Shown here in pieces: positions 9,343-18,374 of a stretch of DNA of 34,848 nt (positions within the stretch are counted from its first letter, which is position 1; each line of letters begins with the position of its first letter). The translations under genes were made by a program, and so were the position numbers. The notes below the pieces were generated by a model. The model was not told the origin of the DNA and did no database searches. It saw nothing but the letters and a program-made list of their open reading frames with translations. The DNA is taken from IMG/VR virus record IMGVR_UViG_2651869781_000011; one strand, 5' to 3'. This stretch comes from a virus. Taxonomy: Duplodnaviria > Heunggongvirae > Uroviricota > Caudoviricetes.

Positions 9343-10548
9343 TTACGCCGCTGCAATCTTCAGCAGTTTGATGGCCTGCGAATCGACCAGCATGCCGCCG
9401 GTGCGCTTGGTGGTATAAAAACCGACAAACGGTTTATTGGTGTACGGGTCACGCAGAATGCGGGTACCGATACGGTCAACGATGGTGTAACCCCGTTTGA
9501 AGTTACCAAATGCAATGGCTTTCGCATCAGCGGCGATATCCGGCATCTGTTCGTTTTCAGCGATACCGTAACCCGCCAGAGAGGACGGCTGCCCCAGTTC
9601 CAACCCCGGACGCCACAGATAGTTACCCTCGCTGTCTTTAAGCAGACGGATGGCAAACAGGCTGTTGTTGTTCATCATGAACTTCGCGCCAGTGCGGTGT
9701 GCCTTACGCAGCGTGTAAATCAGTTTGATAATGGCGTCTGCGGTCACCGCCGTCGCTTCGCCGGATACAATATGCTGAAGTTTGCCGAACGCCCGGACCT
9801 TATCGGTTTCATCAGTGGATTCATACGCCAGGAACCCTTTCGGCTTCTTGGTACCATCGCCGGTGGTAAAGGCAATTTCTTCCTGTTCGGCAAATTCGGT
9901 TGCCAGCTCGCTGTTGATCCAGGCCTCCACGTTGAAAAAGGCATCATCCAGCATTTTCTGGGTGGCCTGCGGGTTACCGTAGATTTCCCCCATGAAAGGT
10001 TCAATCAGGCCCAGTTTTGAGGTGGCAGTCTGGGAGCGCGCGTCAGTCTCGCCAACCCATCCGGAAGCCGTGCCGCCCAGATTCACCAGTTTTTTGTAGT
10101 CGGAACCACCAACGGTGATCACCGTGGCTTCCTGGCGCATCACCACTTCATCTTTCAGCAGGGTGAGAATGTTGCGATCCAGTGCTTCCGGCACGGCATA
10201 GCCGCCGTCTTCATCGGTGCCCACCTGCAATGCCTTACGCTCCAGATCGCGCAGACCGTCTTCACGGCCTTTACGCAGGAAGCCCACAAACGCCTCTTTA
10301 TGCTCGGTGGCCAGTTTATTTTGCGCACCACCTGCCGGACGTTTCAGCTCAAGCAGCTCTTTTTCAAGATCGCTTTTGAGGTTTTCCAGCTCGCTGAGTT
10401 TCCCGTTCAGGGTTTCCACCTGCCCGGCAAGTTTGCCTTTTTCCTGCTCAATCGCATCCACGCGCTTGTCGTTCTTTGCTTTGAAGTCGTCAAACTTCTG
10501 CTGCAGCTCCTGCGCGACCTGTTCGACATCTTTAATATCAACCGCCAT
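9343..10548 (-). CDS. Major capsid protein, HK97 fold, with N-terminal scaffolding delta domain
   Basis: 401 aa; coiled-coil N-terminal ~100 aa then capsid body; follows prohead protease. Confidence 0.9.
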   Translation of the reverse strand: MAVDIKDVEQVAQELQQKFDDFKAKNDKRVDAIEQEKGKLAGQVETLNGKLSELENLKSDLEKELLELKRPAGGAQNKLATEHKEAFVGFLRKGREDGLRDLERKALQVGTDEDGGYAVPEALDRNILTLLKDEVVMRQEATVITVGGSDYKKLVNLGGTASGWVGETDARSQTATSKLGLIEPFMGEIYGNPQATQKMLDDAFFNVEAWINSELATEFAEQEEIAFTTGDGTKKPKGFLAYESTDETDKVRAFGKLQHIVSGEATAVTADAIIKLIYTLRKAHRTGAKFMMNNNSLFAIRLLKDSEGNYLWRPGLELGQPSSLAGYGIAENEQMPDIAADAKAIAFGNFKRGYTIVDRIGTRILRDPYTNKPFVGFYTTKRTGGMLVDSQAIKLLKIAAA

Positions 10549-10562
10549 CGTATTTCTCCTGA

Positions 10563-11213
10563 TTAGAAGTTCAGATTTTTCAGTGCATTCAGTGCAGAGC
10601 CCACATCCTCAGCGTCGCGCAGGGACAGTGCGCCATAGCCCCCGGCCATGAATGCTTTGGCCTGGGTACGGGAGAGTCCGACATCACGCAGGACTCTTTC
10701 GATTTTTTTCTGTTCGGGGATTTCCCCGCGGGCCAGCGCGTTCTTGACGTCGCTGATCCGCGCCTCGTCGTTAGACGGAAACGTCACCAGACTGACTTCC
10801 CAGAGGTCGATTTCTTTCAGCAGAAAGGCTTCTTTCGTCCGGTCGTATTCCCAGTCCTTCAGGACGTACCCAATAGAAAGGCCGGTTAACGAACCGGCCT
10901 TCATGTGTGCATGTGCGCGTTTTGCCAGAGGATCATCATCAATGAGCAACCGCCCCCTGACGTAAAGCCCGACATCGTCTTCCTTCATTTCGGTGTAAAC
11001 ACCGATGGGCTCATCCATGCGGTGCTGCCAGAGCAGCGCAGGTAACGCTTTTCTGTCACTCCACGCCCGCAGGGAAGCAGCAAATGCCCCGGACATCACC
11101 ACATCATCGTGGCTGTCCTTTACACCAAAGACGGAGCCATACCCTTCAAACTCACCGGAGTCACTGACAGATTTCAGACTCAGCGGTACATCAAGACGTT
11201 GTTTCGTCTGCAT
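10563..11213 (-). CDS. Prohead maturation protease (HK97 gp4-like)
   Basis: Track ORF 10563-11249; ATG at 11213 has a GAAGGA SD; lies between portal and capsid. Confidence 0.8.
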   Translation of the reverse strand: MQTKQRLDVPLSLKSVSDSGEFEGYGSVFGVKDSHDDVVMSGAFAASLRAWSDRKALPALLWQHRMDEPIGVYTEMKEDDVGLYVRGRLLIDDDPLAKRAHAHMKAGSLTGLSIGYVLKDWEYDRTKEAFLLKEIDLWEVSLVTFPSNDEARISDVKNALARGEIPEQKKIERVLRDVGLSRTQAKAFMAGGYGALSLRDAEDVGSALNALKNLNF

Positions 11214-12432
11214 TGGCGTTATCCTTCTGCTTACCGGCTTTACTGCCATCGGAGGGTTTCGTGGTCATGTTCATCGGTGTGAGATAGACATCCCCACCGG
11301 GACGCGGATTCATATCTTCCAGGTCGCGGCAGTCATTGGGAGAGTAAATTCCCCAGTTAATCCCGGTGGCGTAGGCTTCAAAACGGGACTTCATATCCCC
11401 GCGCAGTAACGCCCCGGCGTTAAATTTGGCGTAATAAACGCCCTGCTTACTTTTTCGTACCAGTCCGGTGTTGATCCGCTGTTCGATGCGGGTCAGATAC
11501 GGCACCAGTGAATAGTTGATAAATCCGAGCCCCAGTTCTTCGATATTGTTGAAGGTGGCGCGATCGGTGTTCTGCACCATGTGCAACGGTACCCGGAACA
11601 GACGACAGATTTCTTCAAGCTGAAACTTGCGGGTTTCCAGGAACTGGCTGTCCTCGGCATTCAGCGCCATCGACTTCCAGTCCAGCCCCATCTCAAGGAT
11701 CATCGGGCGGTGAGCATTGCCAAGCCCGGTGTGACGCTCCTCAAAATCTTTCTTCAGGCGCTCATAAGCATCATCCGACAGCGTCTGCTCTGTACGCAGC
11801 ACACCCGACGTCACCGCGCCATTGCCGAACAGTCTGGCCCCGTGCTCTTCGGTCGCTGCCGCCAGCGATATTGCCTCGCGGGCATAGGCGACGGGATTCA
11901 GCCCTACCAGTCCGTCCAGCGTCAGCGTGCGCACATGCCAGATATCTTCCTGGCTCAGTACATCCGTGGAGCCGTCCGGGAATGTGACCTGATAGACCGG
12001 CTCCCAGCGACTGTTAAGCTTCGGTACCACACAACCGGGGTCGACGGGCAGCAGTTCAGCCACTTCGCCAAATGCTTTCACTTTGTAGGCGTAAAAGTTT
12101 CCCCGCAGGCACAGACAGGTGACCACCAGCTCCCAGAACTCCTGCGGCGTCATATAGCCATTGGGATGCGAGGAGATCAGCTTATGCAGACGTTCGCCGG
12201 TCGCTCTCTGTTTCAGGCTGCCGTTCAGGCGATACAGATTGCAGGGCAACATCCCGACCGACTCTGCCAGCACCCTGACGCAGGAAAAAACCGCCGTCAG
12301 TCGCATGGCCCGCTGGCTGCTGATCTGCTTTCCGGTATAGGTGTCATATGACAGCCCGATAGCATCTGCCAGCTCTGCTGGCGTGGTCACCGGCGCGTCA
12401 CTTTTTCGTTGAAATAATCCCGAAAAGAACAC
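11191..12432 (-). CDS. Portal protein (HK97 family)
   Basis: 413 aa; apparent GTG start overlapping the stop of the small upstream ORF; follows TerL. Confidence 0.85.
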   Translation of the reverse strand: MFFSGLFQRKSDAPVTTPAELADAIGLSYDTYTGKQISSQRAMRLTAVFSCVRVLAESVGMLPCNLYRLNGSLKQRATGERLHKLISSHPNGYMTPQEFWELVVTCLCLRGNFYAYKVKAFGEVAELLPVDPGCVVPKLNSRWEPVYQVTFPDGSTDVLSQEDIWHVRTLTLDGLVGLNPVAYAREAISLAAATEEHGARLFGNGAVTSGVLRTEQTLSDDAYERLKKDFEERHTGLGNAHRPMILEMGLDWKSMALNAEDSQFLETRKFQLEEICRLFRVPLHMVQNTDRATFNNIEELGLGFINYSLVPYLTRIEQRINTGLVRKSKQGVYYAKFNAGALLRGDMKSRFEAYATGINWGIYSPNDCRDLEDMNPRPGGDVYLTPMNMTTKPSDGSKAGKQKDNANADETTS

Positions 12433-12614
12433 TATTTACCTCCGCTGACAGACGGCAATGTACGGTCGAGATATCGCGCCACCAGCCACGACCAGAACAG
12501 GCACAGCCCCCCGGCAACAACAAAACCCGCAGGGGGATAAATCAGCCAGGCACCATACGCCAGCAAAAGCGCACCCAGCACGCCCACCAGTGGCGCGAGA
12601 ATTATCAGAAACAT
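12432..12614 (-). CDS. Small hydrophobic protein (60 aa, predicted 2 TM helices)
   Basis: [49 protein letters not shown]...; GAGG SD; starts 12 nt after TerL stop, stop overlaps portal start. Confidence 0.4.
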   Translation of the reverse strand: MFLIILAPLVGVLGALLLAYGAWLIYPPAGFVVAGGLCLFWSWLVARYLDRTLPSVSGGK

Positions 12615-12625
12615 AATGACCTCGG

Positions 12626-14383
12626 TTAAAGCGAGCGGATGCCCACGCTGACCAAATGTTCAGACAGATCCGGCTCCGGTTCACCACCATTGACCAGCAT
12701 CCGGCTCATTGCTGTAAACATCGCAACAGGGCCATCGATTTTGGCTTCCGGCGTGGATTTATTCGGGAAGATATTGTCGTTTTTGTCCGGTTTTACCGTA
12801 ACGTTAGACATCATCCAGTTCATGACCGGATGATTGCTGTGATGGAAACGCCCGGCATAGACCAGTGATTCCGTTTCCTTCATGGCCTCTGACAGATTGC
12901 GGACCGTCTGCGGAACCTCCACCAGAGGTATCCCTTCTTCAGCCAGTGCAAGGCTGAACTGCATCGCGCTCCACGGGTCAAATCCCAGCTCCCTGAGGTT
13001 TTCACCACCAATCCATTCCAGTAAATCACTTTTTATCTGAGCATGATCGATAACATCACCATCCGTCAGGATAAGCTTATCCATCTCCGCCCATTTCCGG
13101 TAAAGCTCCGCCATCTGCCGCGAGCACCGCTCCAGCCGTCCTTCCGGAAGCCAGAATTTAAAATCGGCATGAACATGTCCGTTATCGGTTCGCCAGAGTT
13201 TTGCCGCCGCACAGATATCAATCTTATGAGCAAGGTCTACACCGACCCACATGGGATATGTTTTCAGCTCATGCTGTGGAGCAATGTATTCGCACATCTC
13301 CCACTTAATCATGTCCATCCAGGCAGATTCGGCAGTGACCCACACATTCATGTGTTTCGTGAAAAAATTCACCCGCGCCGAGACCTGCTCCTTCGCCTTT
13401 TTCGCCAGACGACGCAGATCATCCCAGCGCTTACAGATGCCCAGGCCCGGATTCGCTTTCTGCCAGACCGTTTCATCAAACGGATCATCTCCCTCATCGA
13501 GGGTGTAAATAATCGCAAAGTAGGAATCGTCTTTTACCGCGCCCTCCACGTCGCTGTTATATCCTCGCAATACCTTGATGGCGTAATCGCGTTGCTCGTA
13601 ACAAATCCCTTCCTTGTTAAAGCCAGCCGTGGTGATACCAAATAAAAGGGACTGCAGACGGGCACCGGTTGCCGTTTCCAGAACGTCCCACACGTCGCGG
13701 GTTTTATGTGCATGCAGCTCATCAATAATGGCGCAGTGGATGTTCAGACCGTCCAGGTTGTTTGCATCCGAGGAAAGCGGTTCAAATTTTGATGCGCTCT
13801 GCTCCTGGTAAATCGCCAGCTTGTTGAAATCAAACAACCGCCCGAGTGTCGACCGGGCTTTTCTGACCATATTTTTGGCGTCTTCAAACACGATTCTGGC
13901 CTGGTCACGCGTGGTTGCGGCTGAATACACCTCAGCACCGCCTTCACCATCTGCCCCCGTCATATAAAGACCGATACCCGATGACAGGGTTGATTTTGCG
14001 TTTTTACGGGCGACTTCGTTGTACGCCGTCCGGAACCGGCGCACCATCACCGGGCGTCCGCTGCCATCGCTGCGCATGACAACTTCCCCGGTCTCTTCAT
14101 TCACCAGCGGAATGACAAAACCAAAAATATTAATGAGGATAAATACATGCCAGTCCATCAACTCAATGGGCTGGCCTGCCAGCGCCCCTTTTACATGAGG
14201 CACAAATTTATAGAAATTCAGGATGTGTTGTGCACGGGGTTCACTGAAATAAATCCCCCGCTCTTCGCCGTACTTCAGATCATCAAGAAAACGCTGGCAG
14301 GCCAGACGGACAAATTCGCCAGCAACAATTTCTCCTGCAACAACACGTTCGGCGTAGCGGATCCCGTCAGCCACTTTTGCCAT
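12626..14383 (-). CDS. Terminase large subunit
   Basis: 585 aa; TerL-like sequence; start overlaps TerS end. Confidence 0.9.
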   Translation of the reverse strand: MAKVADGIRYAERVVAGEIVAGEFVRLACQRFLDDLKYGEERGIYFSEPRAQHILNFYKFVPHVKGALAGQPIELMDWHVFILINIFGFVIPLVNEETGEVVMRSDGSGRPVMVRRFRTAYNEVARKNAKSTLSSGIGLYMTGADGEGGAEVYSAATTRDQARIVFEDAKNMVRKARSTLGRLFDFNKLAIYQEQSASKFEPLSSDANNLDGLNIHCAIIDELHAHKTRDVWDVLETATGARLQSLLFGITTAGFNKEGICYEQRDYAIKVLRGYNSDVEGAVKDDSYFAIIYTLDEGDDPFDETVWQKANPGLGICKRWDDLRRLAKKAKEQVSARVNFFTKHMNVWVTAESAWMDMIKWEMCEYIAPQHELKTYPMWVGVDLAHKIDICAAAKLWRTDNGHVHADFKFWLPEGRLERCSRQMAELYRKWAEMDKLILTDGDVIDHAQIKSDLLEWIGGENLRELGFDPWSAMQFSLALAEEGIPLVEVPQTVRNLSEAMKETESLVYAGRFHHSNHPVMNWMMSNVTVKPDKNDNIFPNKSTPEAKIDGPVAMFTAMSRMLVNGGEPEPDLSEHLVSVGIRSL

Positions 14384-14865
14384 CAGTCTCTCGCTTTTAA
14401 AAGCTCTGCCAGTGGATCAACATCATCCGGTCCGGCGGTATTTACTTTCGCCCGGCTTGCCGGTGACATACCAAACTCTGCAAGCATCGCCCGGATCCGC
14501 TTCCAGGCATCCGCCTTCATCGCCGCAGCCGGATGTGCCTTGATCATCACATCGCCATTCTGCGTTTCCGTGCGGTAGGTATAACCCTCAACATCGAGTG
14601 TTTCGCAGTGATGTCGGTATTCGGTGTAGGCTTCCACCAGTAACTCGAGTGCACGCGCATCAAGCTGAGAAATGATCCCTTCCGCATTCAATTCTTCCGC
14701 CATTCGCCTGAACCAGTACTTCCCCTGTGCCCCTAAATGTTGCGGAATTTTAGGGAGACCTTTTTCATCCTTTTTAGCGGTTTTTTTGGGGTCTTTAACG
14801 GGGCGCTTTGAGGGGTTGCCTCGTATCAAATGCAGGCGTGGCGGGGTTTTCGGGGGTCCTGACAT
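14383..14865 (-). CDS. Terminase small subunit
   Basis: 160 aa, basic N-terminus (PKTPPRLHLIRGNPSKRP...); immediately upstream of TerL. Confidence 0.8.
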   Translation of the reverse strand: MSGPPKTPPRLHLIRGNPSKRPVKDPKKTAKKDEKGLPKIPQHLGAQGKYWFRRMAEELNAEGIISQLDARALELLVEAYTEYRHHCETLDVEGYTYRTETQNGDVMIKAHPAAAMKADAWKRIRAMLAEFGMSPASRAKVNTAGPDDVDPLAELLKARD

Positions 14866-15011
14866 AATCGGTCTTACCTATCAATCGTTTGTTCACATTT
14901 CCAAAAAAGTTTTCGAACCTGCGGCGATGCGAGGAAAGGTCAGGCGGCGGTCCTGAGCAGCCTGGGTTGCAGAGATTTGACCCGCCCCTCCCCCACAGAT
15001 GAGAACAGTTA

Positions 15012-15362
15012 TCAGTTGATGCGTTCGCGCGCTGTTTTTGCTTTATGGCAGGACCAGCACAGACTCTGCAGGTTACTGTCTGCATCCGTGCCACCATGAG
15101 CTTTCGGAATGATGTGGTCCACAGTTCTGGCTTCAACGGCTCTCCCATTGCGCAGGCAGTTCTGACACAGATGATTATCACGCTTCAGTATGCGCGCACG
15201 TATGGTATCCCATTTCGAACCATATCCACGCTGGTGGCGGCTCAGTCCGCGTTGATGCTGTACCCATCCTTCGCCACGATGTGTATCACAGTAACCAGAA
15301 CTGTCTGTGGTTGTATCTGCACATCCACGCTTACGACAGGCGCGTGGGATTCGTGATGGCAT
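15012..15362 (-). CDS. HNH endonuclease (packaging-associated)
   Basis: 116 aa, Cys-rich with ...HIIPKAHGGTDADSNLQSLCWSCH...; sits just upstream of terminase as in HK97-like cos phages. Confidence 0.85.
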   Translation of the reverse strand: MPSRIPRACRKRGCADTTTDSSGYCDTHRGEGWVQHQRGLSRHQRGYGSKWDTIRARILKRDNHLCQNCLRNGRAVEARTVDHIIPKAHGGTDADSNLQSLCWSCHKAKTARERIN

Positions 15363-15382
15363 GGAATTTCGTTCTCCGGCTA

Positions 15383-15679
15383 TTAAAGCGCTTGTCCCTC
15401 GGGGAGGATACAGATCACCCCCAACCCCGCAGCCACGGCGTACTGATTATGTTCATCGACAAGATTTATTGTGCTATCAAGTAACTCACGACAGTGGCTT
15501 ACATTCGTTTCAATGCTCAACACCAGTGAATAAGCACTATTCAACTCCTGACCTGATAAGAACGGAGAATCAGCAGAAACAATTTCCGATTTTATTTTTC
15601 GCAGAGCGCAAAGATTTTCTTCAATGCATTTTCTCAGGACAACGCAACGCCCAATCGCCTCATAGTTTTGCTCAGACAT
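15383..15679 (-). CDS. Hypothetical protein (98 aa)
   Basis: Track ORF begins at a TTG; first ATG at 15679 (MSEQNYEAIG...); no signal peptide; between Rz and HNH. Confidence 0.4.
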   Translation of the reverse strand: MSEQNYEAIGRCVVLRKCIEENLCALRKIKSEIVSADSPFLSGQELNSAYSLVLSIETNVSHCRELLDSTINLVDEHNQYAVAAGLGVICILPEGQAL

Positions 15680-15704
15680 TTCACCCACCTGTTTCAAAAG
15701 TACT

Positions 15705-16169
15705 CTACTTAATGCACTGATCGCGGATATATTCCTGCAATCCCCTGATCATTTTTTCGCTGGTTGCAGCTCGCTCTCTGAGGATGAAATAATCCCGTTG
15801 AGCGGAGTCAGTAAGTCCGGGGCTGGCTGCATCATCCACGCCGGAGGAGGCGGTGGCTTCACGCACGGCTGGACAGACTGCTCTGATGCGCAACCGACGA
15901 CGACCAGCGGCAATATCATCACGCAGAGCATCATTTTCAGCTTTCGCATCAGCTAATTCCTTTGAATATTTTGCATCGAGTGCAGCAACGTCACGCTGGC
16001 GCACCTGCATATCAGTAATGATCGCCTCTGCCAGTTTCAGCTCTCTGGCATTGTCATCGCGTTGTGTTTTGTAGGTAATGGCGTTATCGCGGTAATGCTC
16101 TGTTGCCAGCCACAGAGCACTACAGACCATCAGCAGGACAATAATCACGCCATACAGAATTCGGTTCAT
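15705..16169 (-). CDS. Rz: Rz i-spanin
   Basis: From ATG 16169: MNRILYGVIIVLLMVCSALWLATEHYRDNAITYK...; close to lambda Rz as recalled; N-terminal TM anchor. Confidence 0.85.
   Translation of the reverse strand: MNRILYGVIIVLLMVCSALWLATEHYRDNAITYKTQRDDNARELKLAEAIITDMQVRQRDVAALDAKYSKELADAKAENDALRDDIAAGRRRLRIRAVCPAVREATASSGVDDAASPGLTDSAQRDYFILRERAATSEKMIRGLQEYIRDQCIK
15749..15949 (-). CDS. Rz1: Rz1 o-spanin lipoprotein, embedded in Rz in another frame
   Basis: 66 aa MRKLKMMLCVMILPLVVVGCASEQ...PPPPPAWMMQP...; lipobox VVGC, Pro-rich; fully inside Rz. Confidence 0.8.
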   Translation of the reverse strand: MRKLKMMLCVMILPLVVVGCASEQSVQPCVKPPPPPAWMMQPAPDLLTPLNGIISSSESELQPAKK

Positions 16170-16343
16170 TTCACCACCAGCGTATCTGACCGATGAAATA
16201 ACCGGAGCCCATAACCACAAACACCAGCCAGATAAGGATGAACTTCCAGATGGATAATTTTTCAGCCATCACTCGAATCTCCAGAATCAGTTTGCTAAAA
16301 TCAAACACGTTTTCTCCTTTAGCTTTCCCATGGGCAGAAAACA

Positions 16344-16380
16344 AAACCCCGCTTGCTGCCAACAAACGGGGTTTTTGCTT
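16344..16380. terminator. Bidirectional stem-loop with flanking T/A runs between endolysin and Rz
   Basis: AAACCCCG...CGGGGTTT stem followed by TTTTGCTTTTATT on +, and by a T-run on the minus strand. Confidence 0.35.
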
Positions 16381-16465
16381 TTATTCACTTACCTTTTGCC
16401 AGTTTGCAGAATATCGTGCTATCCGCTTGTGTGAGCAAACGGCATTTTTCAGCAAAATATTCTGC

Positions 16466-16999
16466 TTATCTGTCGATCCCCCAGCACACCAGCGCACTCT
16501 CCTGGTCACGACGAATAACCTGACCGTAACAGTTATTTGAACGAATGCGGCAATCACGGCCACCGTCCTTAATCCACCAGCGAATCGCCTCGCATGCGCC
16601 TTTGCGATCACCGGCATTCAGCCGCTTATAAAACGTCGACGGGAAACACTTACCGGGGCCAATGTTATAGGGACAAAATGACGCAATACCTGCTTTTTGT
16701 GGTTCGGTCAGTGGTACTTTTATATTGCGATCCACCCATGCCAGCGCCTTATCACGTTCAATAGCGTTAACCTGGTCGCATTTTTCCTTCGACAGCTTCA
16801 TTCCCGGTATGACGGGCTTACCATCCACCATTGTGGCACCACGACAGATGGTCCATATGCCAGAACCATCACGGTATGCCGTTGTGTGGTTACCTTCTTT
16901 TTCATCCAGAAACTGGTCAAGTATTTGAGGAGCAGACGCGCCTGCAGCAATCAGCGCCAGAACGGCAGCTGACAGGCCGTATTTGATTTTTGCGTTCAT
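16466..16999 (-). CDS. R: SAR endolysin (T4-lysozyme-like, GH24)
   Basis: 177 aa; N-terminal Ala/Gly-rich signal-anchor-release segment (YGLSAAVLALIAAGASAP); resembles Stx-phage-type endolysins as recalled. Confidence 0.9.
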   Translation of the reverse strand: MNAKIKYGLSAAVLALIAAGASAPQILDQFLDEKEGNHTTAYRDGSGIWTICRGATMVDGKPVIPGMKLSKEKCDQVNAIERDKALAWVDRNIKVPLTEPQKAGIASFCPYNIGPGKCFPSTFYKRLNAGDRKGACEAIRWWIKDGGRDCRIRSNNCYGQVIRRDQESALVCWGIDR

Positions 17000-17062
17000 G
17001 GATATTTATCAGAATTTACCGGTTTCTGCCCATGGACAGGTTTATCTGTTCCGGTCAGTGGC

Positions 17063-17413
17063 TTAAGGTTGCGATTCCGGAGGAGTCTTCAGAGAACAAG
17101 TAATTCTTCCCGGTAGCTTTCCTTTGTAGGTTACCCACACATTCTGCGCCTCAAAAATTATGGGGCGTTTTTCTGGCGACGGCTCATCCCATTCACATAA
17201 CCTGGCAGCAACATCCAGAAATACCTGTCTGATTCTCCTTCTGGCTGCTGCCTCATAAAACTCCAGCGCAGCACCTTCAACACGGTCCATGGTGATGTCC
17301 AGGTCAAAAATTTCACCGTCAAAGCGTTCTTTGTTCCGTAAGGCTAAAGTTACCGCAACTTTATTCTCAAAATTGCGGACTCCCTTAACAACCAGTTCAT
17401 AGTTTTGAGTCAT
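17063..17413 (-). CDS. Hypothetical cytoplasmic protein (116 aa) inserted between holin and endolysin
   Basis: ATG 17413 lies 4 nt after the holin stop with a GGGAGAG SD; no TM segment or signal peptide. Confidence 0.55.
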   Translation of the reverse strand: MTQNYELVVKGVRNFENKVAVTLALRNKERFDGEIFDLDITMDRVEGAALEFYEAAARRRIRQVFLDVAARLCEWDEPSPEKRPIIFEAQNVWVTYKGKLPGRITCSLKTPPESQP

Positions 17414-17417
17414 TAAA

Positions 17418-17633
17418 TTACTCTCCCCGCGCAGCCTTACGCTTGTCTTCTCTGATTTTGAAGTACAGATTTGTCAGATAAGTCAGGAAGCCCAGAACCA
17501 GACTCCCCAGCACACCAATCGCAGCCCACTGTGACGGACTGACCTGATCAAGCCACTGTAAAAACCAGTAGCCAGCACTGCCTGCGGAGGTGCCGTAGGC
17601 AATGCCAGTTGAAATTTTGTCCATGGATTTCAT
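17418..17633 (-). CDS. S: Pinholin (phage 21 S-type holin)
   Basis: 71 aa [27 protein letters not shown]...; near-identical to S21 as recalled; pairs with the SAR endolysin. Confidence 0.85.
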   Translation of the reverse strand: MKSMDKISTGIAYGTSAGSAGYWFLQWLDQVSPSQWAAIGVLGSLVLGFLTYLTNLYFKIREDKRKAARGE

Positions 17634-17689
17634 AGCCTCACCTCCGCAAATAACGGATGGCGTAGTTTTACACTGAGAGATGAAAGGGA

Positions 17690-17720
17690 TTTGAAAAGAA
17701 AAGCCCGCAAAAGCGGGCGA
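17690..17720 (-). terminator. Hairpin plus T-run between the tRNAs and the holin gene
   Basis: GCCCGC-aaaa-GCGGGC stem; minus strand continues TTTTCTTTTC. Confidence 0.4.
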
Positions 17721-17924
17721 AATTGGATCTACAGTCAGGAAAGCACTCTATCCAACAAACCACCCACAGTTAATCGGAATAAAAGCAGAGTGCTTATGAA
17801 TGATCGCCTGCCCGAAGGTTGTTATTCCTGCACAGCAATTTTGCAAAAAAGACGCTCATTCATAACCCAAACGTCTTTCAGTCACTCCGGGCTTTCCCAT
17901 CATCGCAGACTGAAAGACTCTAAC

Positions 17925-17999
<75 letters not shown>

Positions 18000-18002
18000 A
18001 TA

Positions 18003-18078
<76 letters not shown>

Positions 18079-18268
18079 ATTGGTTCTTCGGGTGTGAATG
18101 AGATGCCCGGATACATAATTTACCCTTCCCTCGGAACCGCAGAGATAATACAAATAAATAACCAGAATTCAATATTTGCTTATTCGTCTGTCGAAAAAAC
18201 CAGCAAGATGAAAGAACCGTATTCGCAACCACCAGCGTGTTTAATGTACCGTACCGCTTTTCGGGCAT

Positions 18269-18296
18269 AAAAAAACCCGCTTGGAGGCGGGCTGTA
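18269..18296 (-). terminator. tR'-like intrinsic terminator downstream of Q
   Basis: CCCGC-ctccaa-GCGGG stem followed by T7 on the minus strand, about 80 nt after the Q stop. Confidence 0.5.
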
Positions 18297-18341
18297 AAAA
18301 TTCTTCTAACGTCAGGCACAAAACGCCCATCGTTAGATGCA

Positions 18342-18369
18342 AATTTACCACAGATTCGGGAAAAATCAA
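18342..18369 (-). promoter_or_regulatory. Candidate late promoter PR' (TTGATT-N16-TAAATT) with presumed Q-utilisation region
   Basis: Sigma70-like hexamers on the minus strand just after the Q stop and before the terminator. Confidence 0.35.
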
Positions 18370-18374
18370 CAACA

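Noticed and set aside
11581-12351. 256-aa + strand ORF
   Set aside because: Antisense to the portal gene; no start context; shadow ORF in a GC-rich coding region.
13043-13645. 200-aa + strand ORF
   Set aside because: Antisense to the terminase large subunit gene.
16171-16365. Full 64-aa minus-strand ORF between endolysin and Rz
   Set aside because: The 5' two-thirds overlaps the terminator hairpin and starts at a non-ATG codon; only the 3' 32-codon ATG-initiated part is kept as a candidate.
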